IMG/VR virus record: IMGVR_UViG_3300028549_001137
Location: 1 to 64,000 of that record
Length of the DNA: 64,000 nt
Origin: a virus
Taxonomy: Duplodnaviria; Caudoviricetes
Strand: one strand, 5' to 3'
This document shows, one piece after another, positions 37,801 through 45,506 of the stretch. The position numbers and the translations under genes are program-made. The notes under the pieces were generated by a model. That model did no database searches. It was not told the origin of the DNA and was given only the letters and a program-made list of their open reading frames with translations. Numbering within the stretch: the stretch's first letter is position 1; each line of letters opens with the position of its first letter.

Positions 37801-39553
37801 AGTTCTTGGTCAAGTGTTAGTTACTATAACAGGACCTGCTACTATTGAGTTGATTTCTAAGAATGTTAACTCTGATGGGTGGGTTCAGCAAAACGACGCA
37901 TTTAAAATAGACAAACAAGGTTATTATTCCATACAAGCACATTCTGACCCTGGTCTTAGATCAGGGGAATGGGGGGTAAGTGACCTTATTATGTATATGA
38001 CCCGTGTAGCTTCATTCTCTAAGTGGATAGCTATAAGAAGCAACACGGCAGTTAATTACTCATTTGATTACTCTGAATTTAATTCTATAGTGCACTATTT
38101 ACATAATTTAAAGGTGTATTCTTCAGAAAGACATAGACCTACTGAATCTTATTGGTGGTGGCGGGCTTCTATATGTAAACTGGAAAACGACCCAATGAAT
38201 GTGAAAATAGGTACAAAATCTTTGAAAATTACTTATCCAAATAATGCTGATCAAAAAGATACAATTAGGTTTTTAGAAGGGGATCATTTTGGTTGGGATA
38301 GATCTTGGTCTATTAAAGATTCTTTAAGTGTTTGGTTTTATATTGAAGATATAGATAAATTATGTATTGCAGATTGTGACTTTTCTTTTGGGTCATTTGA
38401 TGGTTATAGGCTTGATGTTCCCCCCACCATTGCAGACCATAGAGTAACTTATCCCGATCCTAATTATACTCCTGTGGGTTATAAAAACTCATCAAGCCCC
38501 TCTACCTATACTTGGAGTTTCTCAGAATTAAATCTAACTACAGGATGGAACAAGGTAGTTTTAAGATTTGATAAAGCTTCGAAGCATGATCCTATCAAAT
38601 CATTTACTGATGGTACTTTATCATCCGCATTGAATTTTAAAAATTACATCACCTCTTCTTTTAGTGTATCTCTTAGGGGTGCGAATGACGCTTTCTATGT
38701 ATTACTTGATGGTATAGAGGTTGAACGTAATTGGTACTATGATGAGGTATTACCAGGATCTCACGGTCTATGTATTACTTGGAATGATTACGTAGAAATA
38801 CCTATAAGTGGTGCCGATATGAGAAAAGGCACAGTAGAGATGACTATTAAATTATATACAGACACATCTGGCATGGACCATTTTAGGAACACCCAATCTC
38901 GTACATTATTTACCATGTTAGACTCTACAAACAATATGCTTTCTTTAAGTATTAGATCTGGTAATTGGTTTGAAGTGGGGGTAGGTGACACATCTACTGG
39001 TTATATAGCCATGTACCCAGACTCGTACAAGATAGACATGCGCAACTACTCCTTTGATATAGACGACGTTTTTCATATAGTAGTGGCTTGGAGTAATAAT
39101 GGTACGGGTTTTACAAATAATGACACTATACGTTTATATATTAACGGGAATATGGCATTTTCTGCTAAAGTACCTTGGGAAGTAGGTGATAGTAAGAATA
39201 TACTTTTTAGACTAGGTGGAGGTAATACTTATTATTCTACTAATGATGATTCTGATGGGAGTGCTATTTTTAGTAATGTTAAGCTTTTTAATTATTGTAA
39301 AACTAAATTTGATATTTATGACCCAAATTTTACTGATATTAGTAGTATTACCCCAAATAATTTAATAAGTATTTCTACGAATAATGAAACCTTCTATAGT
39401 AATAGGGACGCTGAGTTACCGTTTGAGTTTACAGCAGTAAACCCAGGTGATGTAGTTCCAATATATACAAAAATAGATAAAACACAAATGAATAAGCTAG
39501 AAGATGGTAAACTGACCGGATTTTTAAATATAGAATGGAAAATGCCTGTGTAA
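28865..39553 (+). CDS. Giant multidomain fibre / receptor-binding protein with LamG (ConA-like) and other jelly-roll domains
   Basis: Likely ATG 28865, coupled to the upstream TGA. LamG signature FTIEFRIK...WHHIALVRN...LYIDG...FIGYMDELRI at about 35120-35560 and a second GTVEMTIK...FHIVVAW...LYING at about 38800-39300. N-terminal W.G.I..LRI carbohydrate-binding-like domain. Confidence 0.7.
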   Translation: MLDFNLLKEAHSISNVVSCRHDNLNGFQSDFSKNGDVDGWDVYSGVCMYGCWNTVLFGTSTENSCFIGRTTPFEYILAEKYYIIKFVMKLTMLDQAKHKAPTKGKVMWTTTETPEWVDVSSKEFELNMSDQWYTYIINVGESSQWLGNINNLRIFPMIDGFPDIQFVIKNIRIDSISDFSCNNHACAYYSKYAHPCQGTGKPSCITSGKFIKKFNTVAGVSDCLIVNIDDYGDEHINLGTNVNVSGAEIAKIMIDRISRLNLGQYAYADVRYIEERGLLSIYSGSVSAEATITVSGSASLALGFVDENNNDISTYMLGESPASGFDYSSSRRLKGFELNALINSDTDSCAYYHNIDQFTVEAGRSEFAEQMTANTLAISDRLDHNKLIDCSQKILIDWSHPINDSGRLSNIWVNGTHVYKMSQSSTHWADFSNNPPYPPKILILRPYKDGSVKIIHSLDIEDEGLTTRYTEIEVTFKVVCNILVNKGDLIGFFNLNVLAPYSSRTKLPNAVYYQVDVVDGMLPTDKFTIGPPRSQGVIGLAYYARSDRQQTNIQLEIDMGKRVNIKELQVYGKSFSNIYEYNVACCLDVSWTVDLHNETHIHEYGGSCVPHGYVAHRNKAYGIECLSDCVTTIDGGKCGDFYTIKTIQPGFIKTYFDGYECNGSDPDTYCGIETFGEHTYFYVNGDMEWAGGGCPGDIVSVPHAKHEFEDYGGGRLPINYEYDPVTFYLMFPHTKDIEVHKTIMYFKEPKNFKRFSLSYYLGENGEWGNAEAPHFELIPDYNIVTLDGTVYYKGFADGENSLTQRFETTLFNNPVAWSDPNYSNGECTNWELFQTQMNTQFNIIKHEFDPVNAKGFMIYCTWHLSTKITELELYSKITVEPTLIDSISLLTSIYGGDWNEVVFTGCENNSEKISAYISGNPRYFRIEVTPQSEFELKEVNAVITDSRIKSLGCGDTLLTNFAPRGVVVKSTTLDIENTFNIPMDLVVDIPTQLFTSSAMLSWLKLDSEVSTINSEIGPGAIVRKVDDYQIELFDSQIAINTPSYYLKNLIDNKNAYVQENGTSYHSFGTLHHGEDIGYSNIPNGRETVAGFKAVSSKYWKFGSYSANGYTLESFSIFYDTSSTIIPVAIKDFSSYSNSTYLEEVMWSQENYFEDGKLLFISYPGDSTKEISKFFIDGDFEIYAEVSFKTIPTICSCIAALLNITSAENSEQQIELYYEFTTNNYANIGFKYHKQNDGWTTVKSTSYYPYSPVYLKLIRSGDVFTALYSYNIVYGWTTLYTCVYTGFSKKVYFGMGTLNYGSSSSKFETYYNDLKIINTCMYLSDLSDEVVVTTPLPIESVYIQSEKKEKNGSFETTFNNITNTIDPVTIIDETFTEGLWYDNWNYSLGTHTDNTFVVRNASIYPYIGPNDIISIEKEFLPGVISFELEVDFNFDLPNKIKYSIELLNDADEVVFEIYLLGFETDRSLLEGASQEVSFLLHAESPVPTVQRITNGRSGKSPLIYEHKLISKEGLIYNDDGFKFIVKKSYLTFTEIVLKSTDGSIEYYRGQDEDSFTSRVSKLRISYLNLSDEFIHTQLQNCSTTYINFMALPKLSDKELIVLEFSGSVPIGTIKLLTREGDIKYPVVLLSNTGSNDYREWARGFNTTGSLSTSTHNVYSSDVALPGSTYFLHNPHAVFNDDSEIFISTASKTQFIAYDFGAGNDMVVNKIHIKTAIYSPQQYDYFPVLQVYGSNTYKDSIILDAYGSPAQLLFDLSVATFLTEFEINYISSVSYDTEKLFNNDNSYRYYIFYWPAGASNESKSICLEYIGLYKHYGFDTSSSVTRFSKNYFNYFAIDLGNVHSLDILRNYGPIGTQALLDLMDPNHISYSYTDTGDISQVDWPENSPSVLFNFEDYEDKALPSRFIELDGFFSLYTTGAPVTPESYVGIGIKLLYLGERTASSLSSVGISAYTSFTTVNASNLVKDNDYLSIDLLVSPRSNFNYGYIAISSSDSVGVEEWRYNFNSSGGDPLDLSNCLSESYQTFKLPLSYFEAVSAGSELNLSAIKTVRFFVYAKPGGATLGWRNAFITHQSIISAEASTSLFLSNNDFTIEFRIKRTMLGSEGILSQVDEADKNFSSFSFVFSKDNYLIATLYASNLIFEFISEVMVEDTLWHHIALVRNDVSVSLYIDGSIQCTKSIAKVEINKSTSPLIIGGACYYNFIGYMDELRIINGKSVYYSDFIPTIEEYAIDTKIGSKEAARWVRIAMECGDGINRTLQYIGVYADIRNAFSPTGGINCDWVPIGDALSCYNVVPGNIAPSASVIGYETITDSFTSGISDNWSLISSESTNDIINQTEFSGSHPSSFWRSTFNYLNSATSSIAHSINSLRIELGSSEEGNCVFNTEYCLLDCSCELDYVDQSVYINDGLFLSLSIYSDTGDYWSIVRNRLTISIENNGNKYYNYSTDVSNITGFKIKRLGRLLSFYVYNNDGWIELQSVGTLTADTSPFISGFGVYFELLVKKQAIYPATVIYINRAVLKNEGAIAPISALWSTVTSSGVNPSNMLGYITPEVPIEYGPIFSPGIISTGNRVNYLTYRYQNSGDEGGAGLSIIDYRDNEIFATACFQHAWAIKSAVGWEVVNDDIVKGSWCYVRIEFNWDTATALVIWGDIETGETKTYERGLIYNTNVAKAQIRSTFGKSWQKTFLDVKFDEIEVSPSIQYMASYHLNNCITGDGPESSAEFRYHGEDDVGSDSMADEFENCWGFPYTDPVPTLILDLGATFKVDKFVFYEIGKNMYPIESCSVYGATTTSGQFSLLVSDLGIGQDYFGSANIEPTDVRLIKLTINKYYRGRENSGIEFIPVVINTTSKYGEVQETILDGGFIREFEVWTSTGKDILNSEDHPIVCMDLKDRYNIVAHSITHEIDDEYDNDEQFFQYSSNISDDPSQVSFSTQGGYDQVFSFADSVIGDENNAGPFELGRQIFLDVGYYSFAWNTFRSEVLGQVLVTITGPATIELISKNVNSDGWVQQNDAFKIDKQGYYSIQAHSDPGLRSGEWGVSDLIMYMTRVASFSKWIAIRSNTAVNYSFDYSEFNSIVHYLHNLKVYSSERHRPTESYWWWRASICKLENDPMNVKIGTKSLKITYPNNADQKDTIRFLEGDHFGWDRSWSIKDSLSVWFYIEDIDKLCIADCDFSFGSFDGYRLDVPPTIADHRVTYPDPNYTPVGYKNSSSPSTYTWSFSELNLTTGWNKVVLRFDKASKHDPIKSFTDGTLSSALNFKNYITSSFSVSLRGANDAFYVLLDGIEVERNWYYDEVLPGSHGLCITWNDYVEIPISGADMRKGTVEMTIKLYTDTSGMDHFRNTQSRTLFTMLDSTNNMLSLSIRSGNWFEVGVGDTSTGYIAMYPDSYKIDMRNYSFDIDDVFHIVVAWSNNGTGFTNNDTIRLYINGNMAFSAKVPWEVGDSKNILFRLGGGNTYYSTNDDSDGSAIFSNVKLFNYCKTKFDIYDPNFTDISSITPNNLISISTNNETFYSNRDAELPFEFTAVNPGDVVPIYTKIDKTQMNKLEDGKLTGFLNIEWKMPV

Positions 39554-39564
39554 AGGAGAACTAA

Positions 39565-42500
39565 ATGTCACAATATAATTTAATAACTGCTGGCTCACTC
39601 AATAGTAGTACTACTTTAGGTACAGGCAATAAGTTATTAACATCTCAAGAACTACTATCACTATATAACGGTAATACTACTTCCTCTGGTATAACTATAG
39701 TTGAGTCTGATCTGCTATACTTAGATTTTGATATGGGATACAGAGTAGTAATGGACAATGTAAAATTATTTATAGATGTTCCTGGAGATAGGGACTTGGC
39801 TCTAATAAATGTTGATTTTTATTACAAAAACAATGAGTCTGATGTATTTGTTTTGTGTTCAAAAGGTCAGGACAGTACTATGTTTTATCAAATAACCCCA
39901 ACTGGTGTGTTTGCTCCAAGATATGTTAGGGTAATTATAGATTCACTACAGGCTACTATATATGAATTAAAAATTACTAACGATGACACTCAAGTAACTT
40001 TTGGACCTACTGGAAATGAAACATTAGTATTTCTTAGTCATCTTACAGGGGGTTCCACTTCTCTTGGTATATATAATAACTCTGCTATAGGAACTACACC
40101 TGTTAATGCTTACATATCTATCGATTACCAAGGGAAAGATTCTGATTACTATGTAAAATTATCTAATGCAGCAGATGGTAATTATTATGGTATTAGTGAT
40201 GGGGTTGCTCTTAAGGATAATGATCTGACCTCAGCAGTTATTTGGGATAGGGGTTCATTCGATGGTGTTGAGTTAATACCTACTACAGAGAATATTACTA
40301 CTGTATCTTACCCAGTAAGTTATTATACTACCCCTATAATTAAAATGGATGATTTGTTCGATGCCACATTTATTATATCTAATGTAAAGTTGACAAGTGC
40401 GTCGGATATAACTTATGATACTACAATACCAGAAGGAACAATTAAGGTAAGATCTAGTAATATATCCCCAATACCTTTTAGTAAATTATTTTGGACATAT
40501 AAAAATACAGATAATAAACTTATGGTGTTTGAAGGTGATATGTTAACTGGAAACAAACTACCTAATAAATTATTTATTAATACTTCTGCATCTATCCCAC
40601 AAAAAGTTATATTCGATAAGTTTAATGGTCATTTTATTACAATAGAACAAGTTTCTGGGACCCCCAATAATACAAATATAATAAGAAAATTCAGTTATAC
40701 AACTGGTCAACAACTTTATGAATCCTCATCAGTTTTTATGAATAATATAGCAGCAAATATGGGGGTAGATATATCCGGTCAGGTTTGGGGGTATAGTCAG
40801 GCTGTGGAGAACGCTGTAATTGTATATAGTTATGATCTTACAACATATACTATTGTATTTAATGGTGGAGAAACTCCTTTTTTAAATGGCCTATCTGTAG
40901 ATAAGCAGTTACCATCTTGTTGGTATACAAGCACTTCAAAAAGTAAAGTATCTCATGTACAGTACGATGGGCTTATTTTAGCTTCTATTAGTGTGGTAAA
41001 ACCTACACATATTTGCTCTATTGGAAGCGGTGGTTGTATAGTAGTTAGTGATAATCAATCTAAGGTGTCTCAATATAGTTCTTATGGTACATTACTATCT
41101 GAATTTGACTATACTGGTTTCGTTGACATTATAGGTATAAGCTACGGTTTTGATTCTGCCAGTACTGAGTATGATACTTCTGAGTTTTGGATGTTACTTT
41201 TGGGAGGACAAATAGTTAAATTATCATTTAGCGGTAGCACTGTAGTTACGGCAATTATTCCTACAGTTACAAGTATAGAGGCCTTTCCAGGAGGATGTTT
41301 AGCTTTTGAATCAAGTAATAAAGTGTATCAACTAAATAATGAAGGACATACTTCTAGGATATGGGATTTTAGTAGTTATACTACTAAAGGATTTAATGCT
41401 GTTCCAGTAGTAATAAATTATAATGAGTTTTTGTTAATGCCTAGTACTGAGAAGCTTATGCCTACTCCTTATGATCCTGTTTGGGGGGATGATATTGGTT
41501 GGAATGAAGTATCTCGTTCTGGTTATAAATTACCTATGAAAACATACCACCAAATTAAGTATAGGTTATTACCAGAAGTAATAAGTATCCAGATAATAAA
41601 TCCAGAAGCGGAAGATGGCATCACTGGGTGGCTGAATGAAGGGGCATCTACTTTTGAAATCACTACCGTATCGGTATGGCAAGGATCTTATGCATTTAAA
41701 CTTGGATCATATGGCCCAACTGTGTATCAGTTAATTGAATTATCTACTGTTATAGGTATAGATATAGAGAAAGTAGACCTTGGGTATTATTATATAAATT
41801 TAAATACTATGGCAAGGTTATCTACGCTTTATACTGACAACTATATTAGTGTAACAATAGAATTTTATGACCTTGATATGCGGATTATATATAGTTATAT
41901 CTCTGAAAAATACTCTACATTGGTATGGACAGAAATAAATTTAGACGCATTGGTTTCGGTTGGAACTAGGTATATTAAGTTAAAACTGACCCCATATACA
42001 AGCTCTTATAACTTCTCATATTATGATTTAGTATCATCACACATGTATATTAAACCAGTACTAGAAAGTGTAGTGATCCCTAAACCTGTACAAATTAGCG
42101 ATTTGCAACCACAAGAGTATAAAAACATCTATATAAAAACAGAGTTCCCTGAAGATGCCCCTTTTCAGGAATACGATACTATTTTAAAATGTTGGTGGGG
42201 TAATGAAAATCAAAATCAAATAGTGGATCGGACTCCTCTTCAAAGTTTTTTATCTAGAAACGATGGTGTTAGTCTATCATCAGTCAAATCAGTAATTTTC
42301 GATTTCGAAAATATTTGGTACGACCACGGCACTATGGCGATTAGGTCCATTGAATTTACTGATGCTGCAGGGGATGTTATTGATCTTGTAAGTATTGGCT
42401 TTATTGCTTATGCTTCGTCTGAGTCAGATTTAATTCATTCAGCTGTACATGCTTTTGATAATACGTTATCTAAAGTTGGTAATGAAATTGGAACTTCGTG

Positions 42501-42786
42501 GGCTGCTGAATCGAATGTATGTACTTACCAAAGACTGATATGTGTCATGGACACTACAATCCCTATATATGGTGTGATAATTAATAATTATCATTATAAC
42601 GGACAAGGTGGTGTGTTCGGTGTAAAAAATATAAAAATCTATATTTCATCGAGCGATGAAGTAACAGAGTCACTTTATTATAACGCACCAGTTGCTTATT
42701 CAATGCTTGTGTTTGATGGTATTATAGAAAAGCATGTGGAGGCTGATGTGGTTGATGATCAAGTACTAATATTGGATATACTATGA
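39565..42786 (+). CDS. Multidomain fibre / receptor-binding protein (propeller, CBM/FBA-like and discoidin-like modules)
   Basis: SD AAGGAG; IINPEAEDGITGW jelly-roll start at 41593; C-terminal AYASSE...AFD...SW...GVKNIKIY discoidin-like domain. Confidence 0.55.
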   Translation: MSQYNLITAGSLNSSTTLGTGNKLLTSQELLSLYNGNTTSSGITIVESDLLYLDFDMGYRVVMDNVKLFIDVPGDRDLALINVDFYYKNNESDVFVLCSKGQDSTMFYQITPTGVFAPRYVRVIIDSLQATIYELKITNDDTQVTFGPTGNETLVFLSHLTGGSTSLGIYNNSAIGTTPVNAYISIDYQGKDSDYYVKLSNAADGNYYGISDGVALKDNDLTSAVIWDRGSFDGVELIPTTENITTVSYPVSYYTTPIIKMDDLFDATFIISNVKLTSASDITYDTTIPEGTIKVRSSNISPIPFSKLFWTYKNTDNKLMVFEGDMLTGNKLPNKLFINTSASIPQKVIFDKFNGHFITIEQVSGTPNNTNIIRKFSYTTGQQLYESSSVFMNNIAANMGVDISGQVWGYSQAVENAVIVYSYDLTTYTIVFNGGETPFLNGLSVDKQLPSCWYTSTSKSKVSHVQYDGLILASISVVKPTHICSIGSGGCIVVSDNQSKVSQYSSYGTLLSEFDYTGFVDIIGISYGFDSASTEYDTSEFWMLLLGGQIVKLSFSGSTVVTAIIPTVTSIEAFPGGCLAFESSNKVYQLNNEGHTSRIWDFSSYTTKGFNAVPVVINYNEFLLMPSTEKLMPTPYDPVWGDDIGWNEVSRSGYKLPMKTYHQIKYRLLPEVISIQIINPEAEDGITGWLNEGASTFEITTVSVWQGSYAFKLGSYGPTVYQLIELSTVIGIDIEKVDLGYYYINLNTMARLSTLYTDNYISVTIEFYDLDMRIIYSYISEKYSTLVWTEINLDALVSVGTRYIKLKLTPYTSSYNFSYYDLVSSHMYIKPVLESVVIPKPVQISDLQPQEYKNIYIKTEFPEDAPFQEYDTILKCWWGNENQNQIVDRTPLQSFLSRNDGVSLSSVKSVIFDFENIWYDHGTMAIRSIEFTDAAGDVIDLVSIGFIAYASSESDLIHSAVHAFDNTLSKVGNEIGTSWAAESNVCTYQRLICVMDTTIPIYGVIINNYHYNGQGGVFGVKNIKIYISSSDEVTESLYYNAPVAYSMLVFDGIIEKHVEADVVDDQVLILDIL

Positions 42787-42831
42787 TTAAAAATAGTATG
42801 GACACGCCTTTATATATGTGGAGGTATTACT

Positions 42832-43755
42832 TTGTATAATTTACATCAGGTTTGGATAGATAAAGAATATGTTTATTATGTTACTTCTTCTGGTTTAGAT
42901 GTTATAAGTATAGACTCGCTTAATAAAGTATCCTATATAGAGTTAGAAGATACCTTTACTACTATATGGGGGAATGATGATACTATTTATTTAGGGACTT
43001 CCTTAAGCGGAATTAAATATATTAATAAAACAGCGATATTGACTAACGAGAGCAGCCCGTATGATTTGAGTATTTATCTAAACGATTATGCTTATTACTA
43101 TAATACTACTTCAGATACTATTAAATATATACATGGGTACTCTACTACATTAGCTGTAGTAACTTCAAGTGGGCTAGATATATTGAATAATGACCCATAT
43201 CAAGGTTATAAAAGTACTACAAGTAATAATAATATTACTACATGTTTTATGACATCTAGATTAGAAACATATTATAATGTACAAGTGTCAGATAATGATG
43301 GTATCTTTAAGATAAATAATTCTAAATGTGATTGGCAGTATCCTAGTATAAGTTACAGTATAAATAATTCTTTTTTGCCATCAGATAGTTACATAAATAA
43401 TATATTTGTTACTGAAGGTACGTCCGATAATGGTATTGACAACACTTTATTTGTAGCAACAACATCGGGGGTTTATATATATGATGAAGGAAGTGAGTCT
43501 TATGATTTTTATAATACCACCACCCCTACTTCGTTGGATGGTACTTCTAATAATACAGTAGTAGTTAAGGCGGATCAATACACTAATAGAACAAATGGGA
43601 AAATATACGTAACTTCGTCTGGTGTTGGTGCGTCTTTATCTATATTGAATTTAAGTAATAAAAGTTTATTTGATAGTTATACTGTGTTAAAAGCAGGTCG
43701 CACCAATGAGGTTTTGACGCAAGAAGATATTAAAGATTTTGTTATTTTACATTAG
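42832..43755 (+). CDS. Putative beta-propeller virion protein
   Basis: TTG start after GGAGG; recurring V.T.SG(L/V)..I blades. Confidence 0.5.
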   Translation: MYNLHQVWIDKEYVYYVTSSGLDVISIDSLNKVSYIELEDTFTTIWGNDDTIYLGTSLSGIKYINKTAILTNESSPYDLSIYLNDYAYYYNTTSDTIKYIHGYSTTLAVVTSSGLDILNNDPYQGYKSTTSNNNITTCFMTSRLETYYNVQVSDNDGIFKINNSKCDWQYPSISYSINNSFLPSDSYINNIFVTEGTSDNGIDNTLFVATTSGVYIYDEGSESYDFYNTTTPTSLDGTSNNTVVVKADQYTNRTNGKIYVTSSGVGASLSILNLSNKSLFDSYTVLKAGRTNEVLTQEDIKDFVILH

Positions 43756-43781
43756 TAAGTCAATAAAAAGGAGTGTTTAAT

Positions 43782-44822
43782 ATGGCGTATGTAAATATAG
43801 TTAATCAGGTATGTGCAAGTAAGGCAGAACTTTTCTGTCGTGTAAGAGATTTTATTTGTAAAAGAAACGGTACCTATGATTATTCTACTACAGGTATAGG
43901 ATGGGCTTTGTTCGACTCTTATTACGCTACTAATGAAGATAATCCAGTAACTAACGATTGGTTCGTTATATATTCCCCAGGTGAATCTGGTAAAGGTGAT
44001 TTATATTACAGATTTAAATACGTACTAAACTTTGTTTCTGTACATGGATTTCAATCATGGGATTCAGTGACGCATACTGGATCTAATCAATACTGTACTA
44101 CTAACAATTGGTCTATGGCAGATGCTGGTTCTAAAACCTTGTGGATCTACGGCGATCTTGATGTTGTTTCTTGTATTAACAAAGTAACTACAGCAGACTA
44201 TGATTTGATTTGGTGCGGAAAACTAATGCCGGTGTGGGAAGGCCAGTCAGGTGAATGTGCTGTTTGTTCCTCTGCCTTAGGACTTGGTTCTGATGTATCT
44301 ATAACTGTTGATGCTGTGCCGACTGAGTGGCAAGTTGGGGACGCTGTATTTATTAGAACTACACATAGTGATGTTATGGCAACTGTTAAGATTGAAAAAA
44401 CAATAATAAAAACAATTGTTTCTAATACTATTACTGCAGACTTAGTTAATAATTACACATCTAATTGTAAGTTGTCTAATCATTGCGGTTATGGTGTATT
44501 AAACTCTACAGATGCAGGTGGGGCCATAACAGTCCTAATAACAGATAGTGGTTTGGTTTCTACTGGGGCTTCAAGCTTATTTTCTATACCAATGACACTT
44601 ACTGATCATGATCCTAGTATTTTAGATGGTAAATGGGGGATGTTTGATCTTATTTATGGATCATCTGCTGCTGGGGTTATTGGGGCACTAAAGAATACCA
44701 AATGTATACCAATTTTTAATGCGTATCTTACTCACGAAGATACTTTAGAAACAAATAGTGGGATATATTGGAGGTGCTTTAAGTGTTACTCAGCTTTATA
44801 TGCTGCATATAAAGAGGTATGA
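43782..44822 (+). CDS. Hypothetical virion protein
   Basis: ATG 43782 after AAGGAG; located in the fibre cluster. Confidence 0.55.
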   Translation: MAYVNIVNQVCASKAELFCRVRDFICKRNGTYDYSTTGIGWALFDSYYATNEDNPVTNDWFVIYSPGESGKGDLYYRFKYVLNFVSVHGFQSWDSVTHTGSNQYCTTNNWSMADAGSKTLWIYGDLDVVSCINKVTTADYDLIWCGKLMPVWEGQSGECAVCSSALGLGSDVSITVDAVPTEWQVGDAVFIRTTHSDVMATVKIEKTIIKTIVSNTITADLVNNYTSNCKLSNHCGYGVLNSTDAGGAITVLITDSGLVSTGASSLFSIPMTLTDHDPSILDGKWGMFDLIYGSSAAGVIGALKNTKCIPIFNAYLTHEDTLETNSGIYWRCFKCYSALYAAYKEV

Positions 44823-44853
44823 TGTATAGATTCTTATTTATTGGAGGTGCTAC

Positions 44854-45135
44854 ATGGCTATAGTAAGGGGTCACTATTTAAAATCATCTACTTCATTGTG
44901 TGGTAGAGTAAAAGAAATAACTTTTACTGGTACCGCAACTTTATCGGGTGTAGGGGTTTCACGTTTAATCAAGGGATATAGAGTACCTGATTCGTCAAAT
45001 GTGTATGAAACCGAGTCTGGGCCTGATGGTGTTTGGTCTTTGAATATGCGTGGTGGAAAAAATGATGAATTTAGGATTATTTGTGTAGGAAGTACCGGAG
45101 AAAATTCTGAAATATATGAACACCTGATGGAATAA
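44854..45135 (+). CDS. Small fibre-associated beta-sandwich protein
   Basis: SD GGAGG; G..V.R.I..YR......ET.S..DG.W pattern shared with the ORFs at 45141, 47681 and 49193. Confidence 0.5.
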   Translation: MAIVRGHYLKSSTSLCGRVKEITFTGTATLSGVGVSRLIKGYRVPDSSNVYETESGPDGVWSLNMRGGKNDEFRIICVGSTGENSEIYEHLME

Positions 45136-45140
45136 GAATA

Positions 45141-45503
45141 ATGGCATATACCGCACCAATTAAAAATAATATTAATTTTATTGTTACTAAGGGGTATTCT
45201 GCCCCAACAATTAGTGGCATTAATTTTATATTAAATCCTACTGAGGTTCCTGTAACACCGGTATTTACTTCGTTTGAAGGTACTGTATTTGATGGTGAGA
45301 CTGCTTTGTCAGGGGCTGTAGTACATTTATACTATCGTTCTACAGGTGTGTTGGTTAATTCTACTGTTACAAGTAGTTCTGGTACTTTTTCAGTACCGTG
45401 GGGAAACACTGATACGTATTACTACATGGTGGCGTTATTTCCTGATTCTACTTATAATGCTTTAATATACGACTATTTGTATCCTACACTTAGTGGAAAT
45501 TAG
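45141..45503 (+). CDS. Small fibre-associated protein (carboxypeptidase-regulatory/transthyretin-like sandwich)
   Basis: FEGTVFDG...SGAVVHLYYRSTGVLVNSTVTSSSGTFS...YNALIYD. Confidence 0.5.
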   Translation: MAYTAPIKNNINFIVTKGYSAPTISGINFILNPTEVPVTPVFTSFEGTVFDGETALSGAVVHLYYRSTGVLVNSTVTSSSGTFSVPWGNTDTYYYMVALFPDSTYNALIYDYLYPTLSGN

Positions 45504-45506
45504 TTC

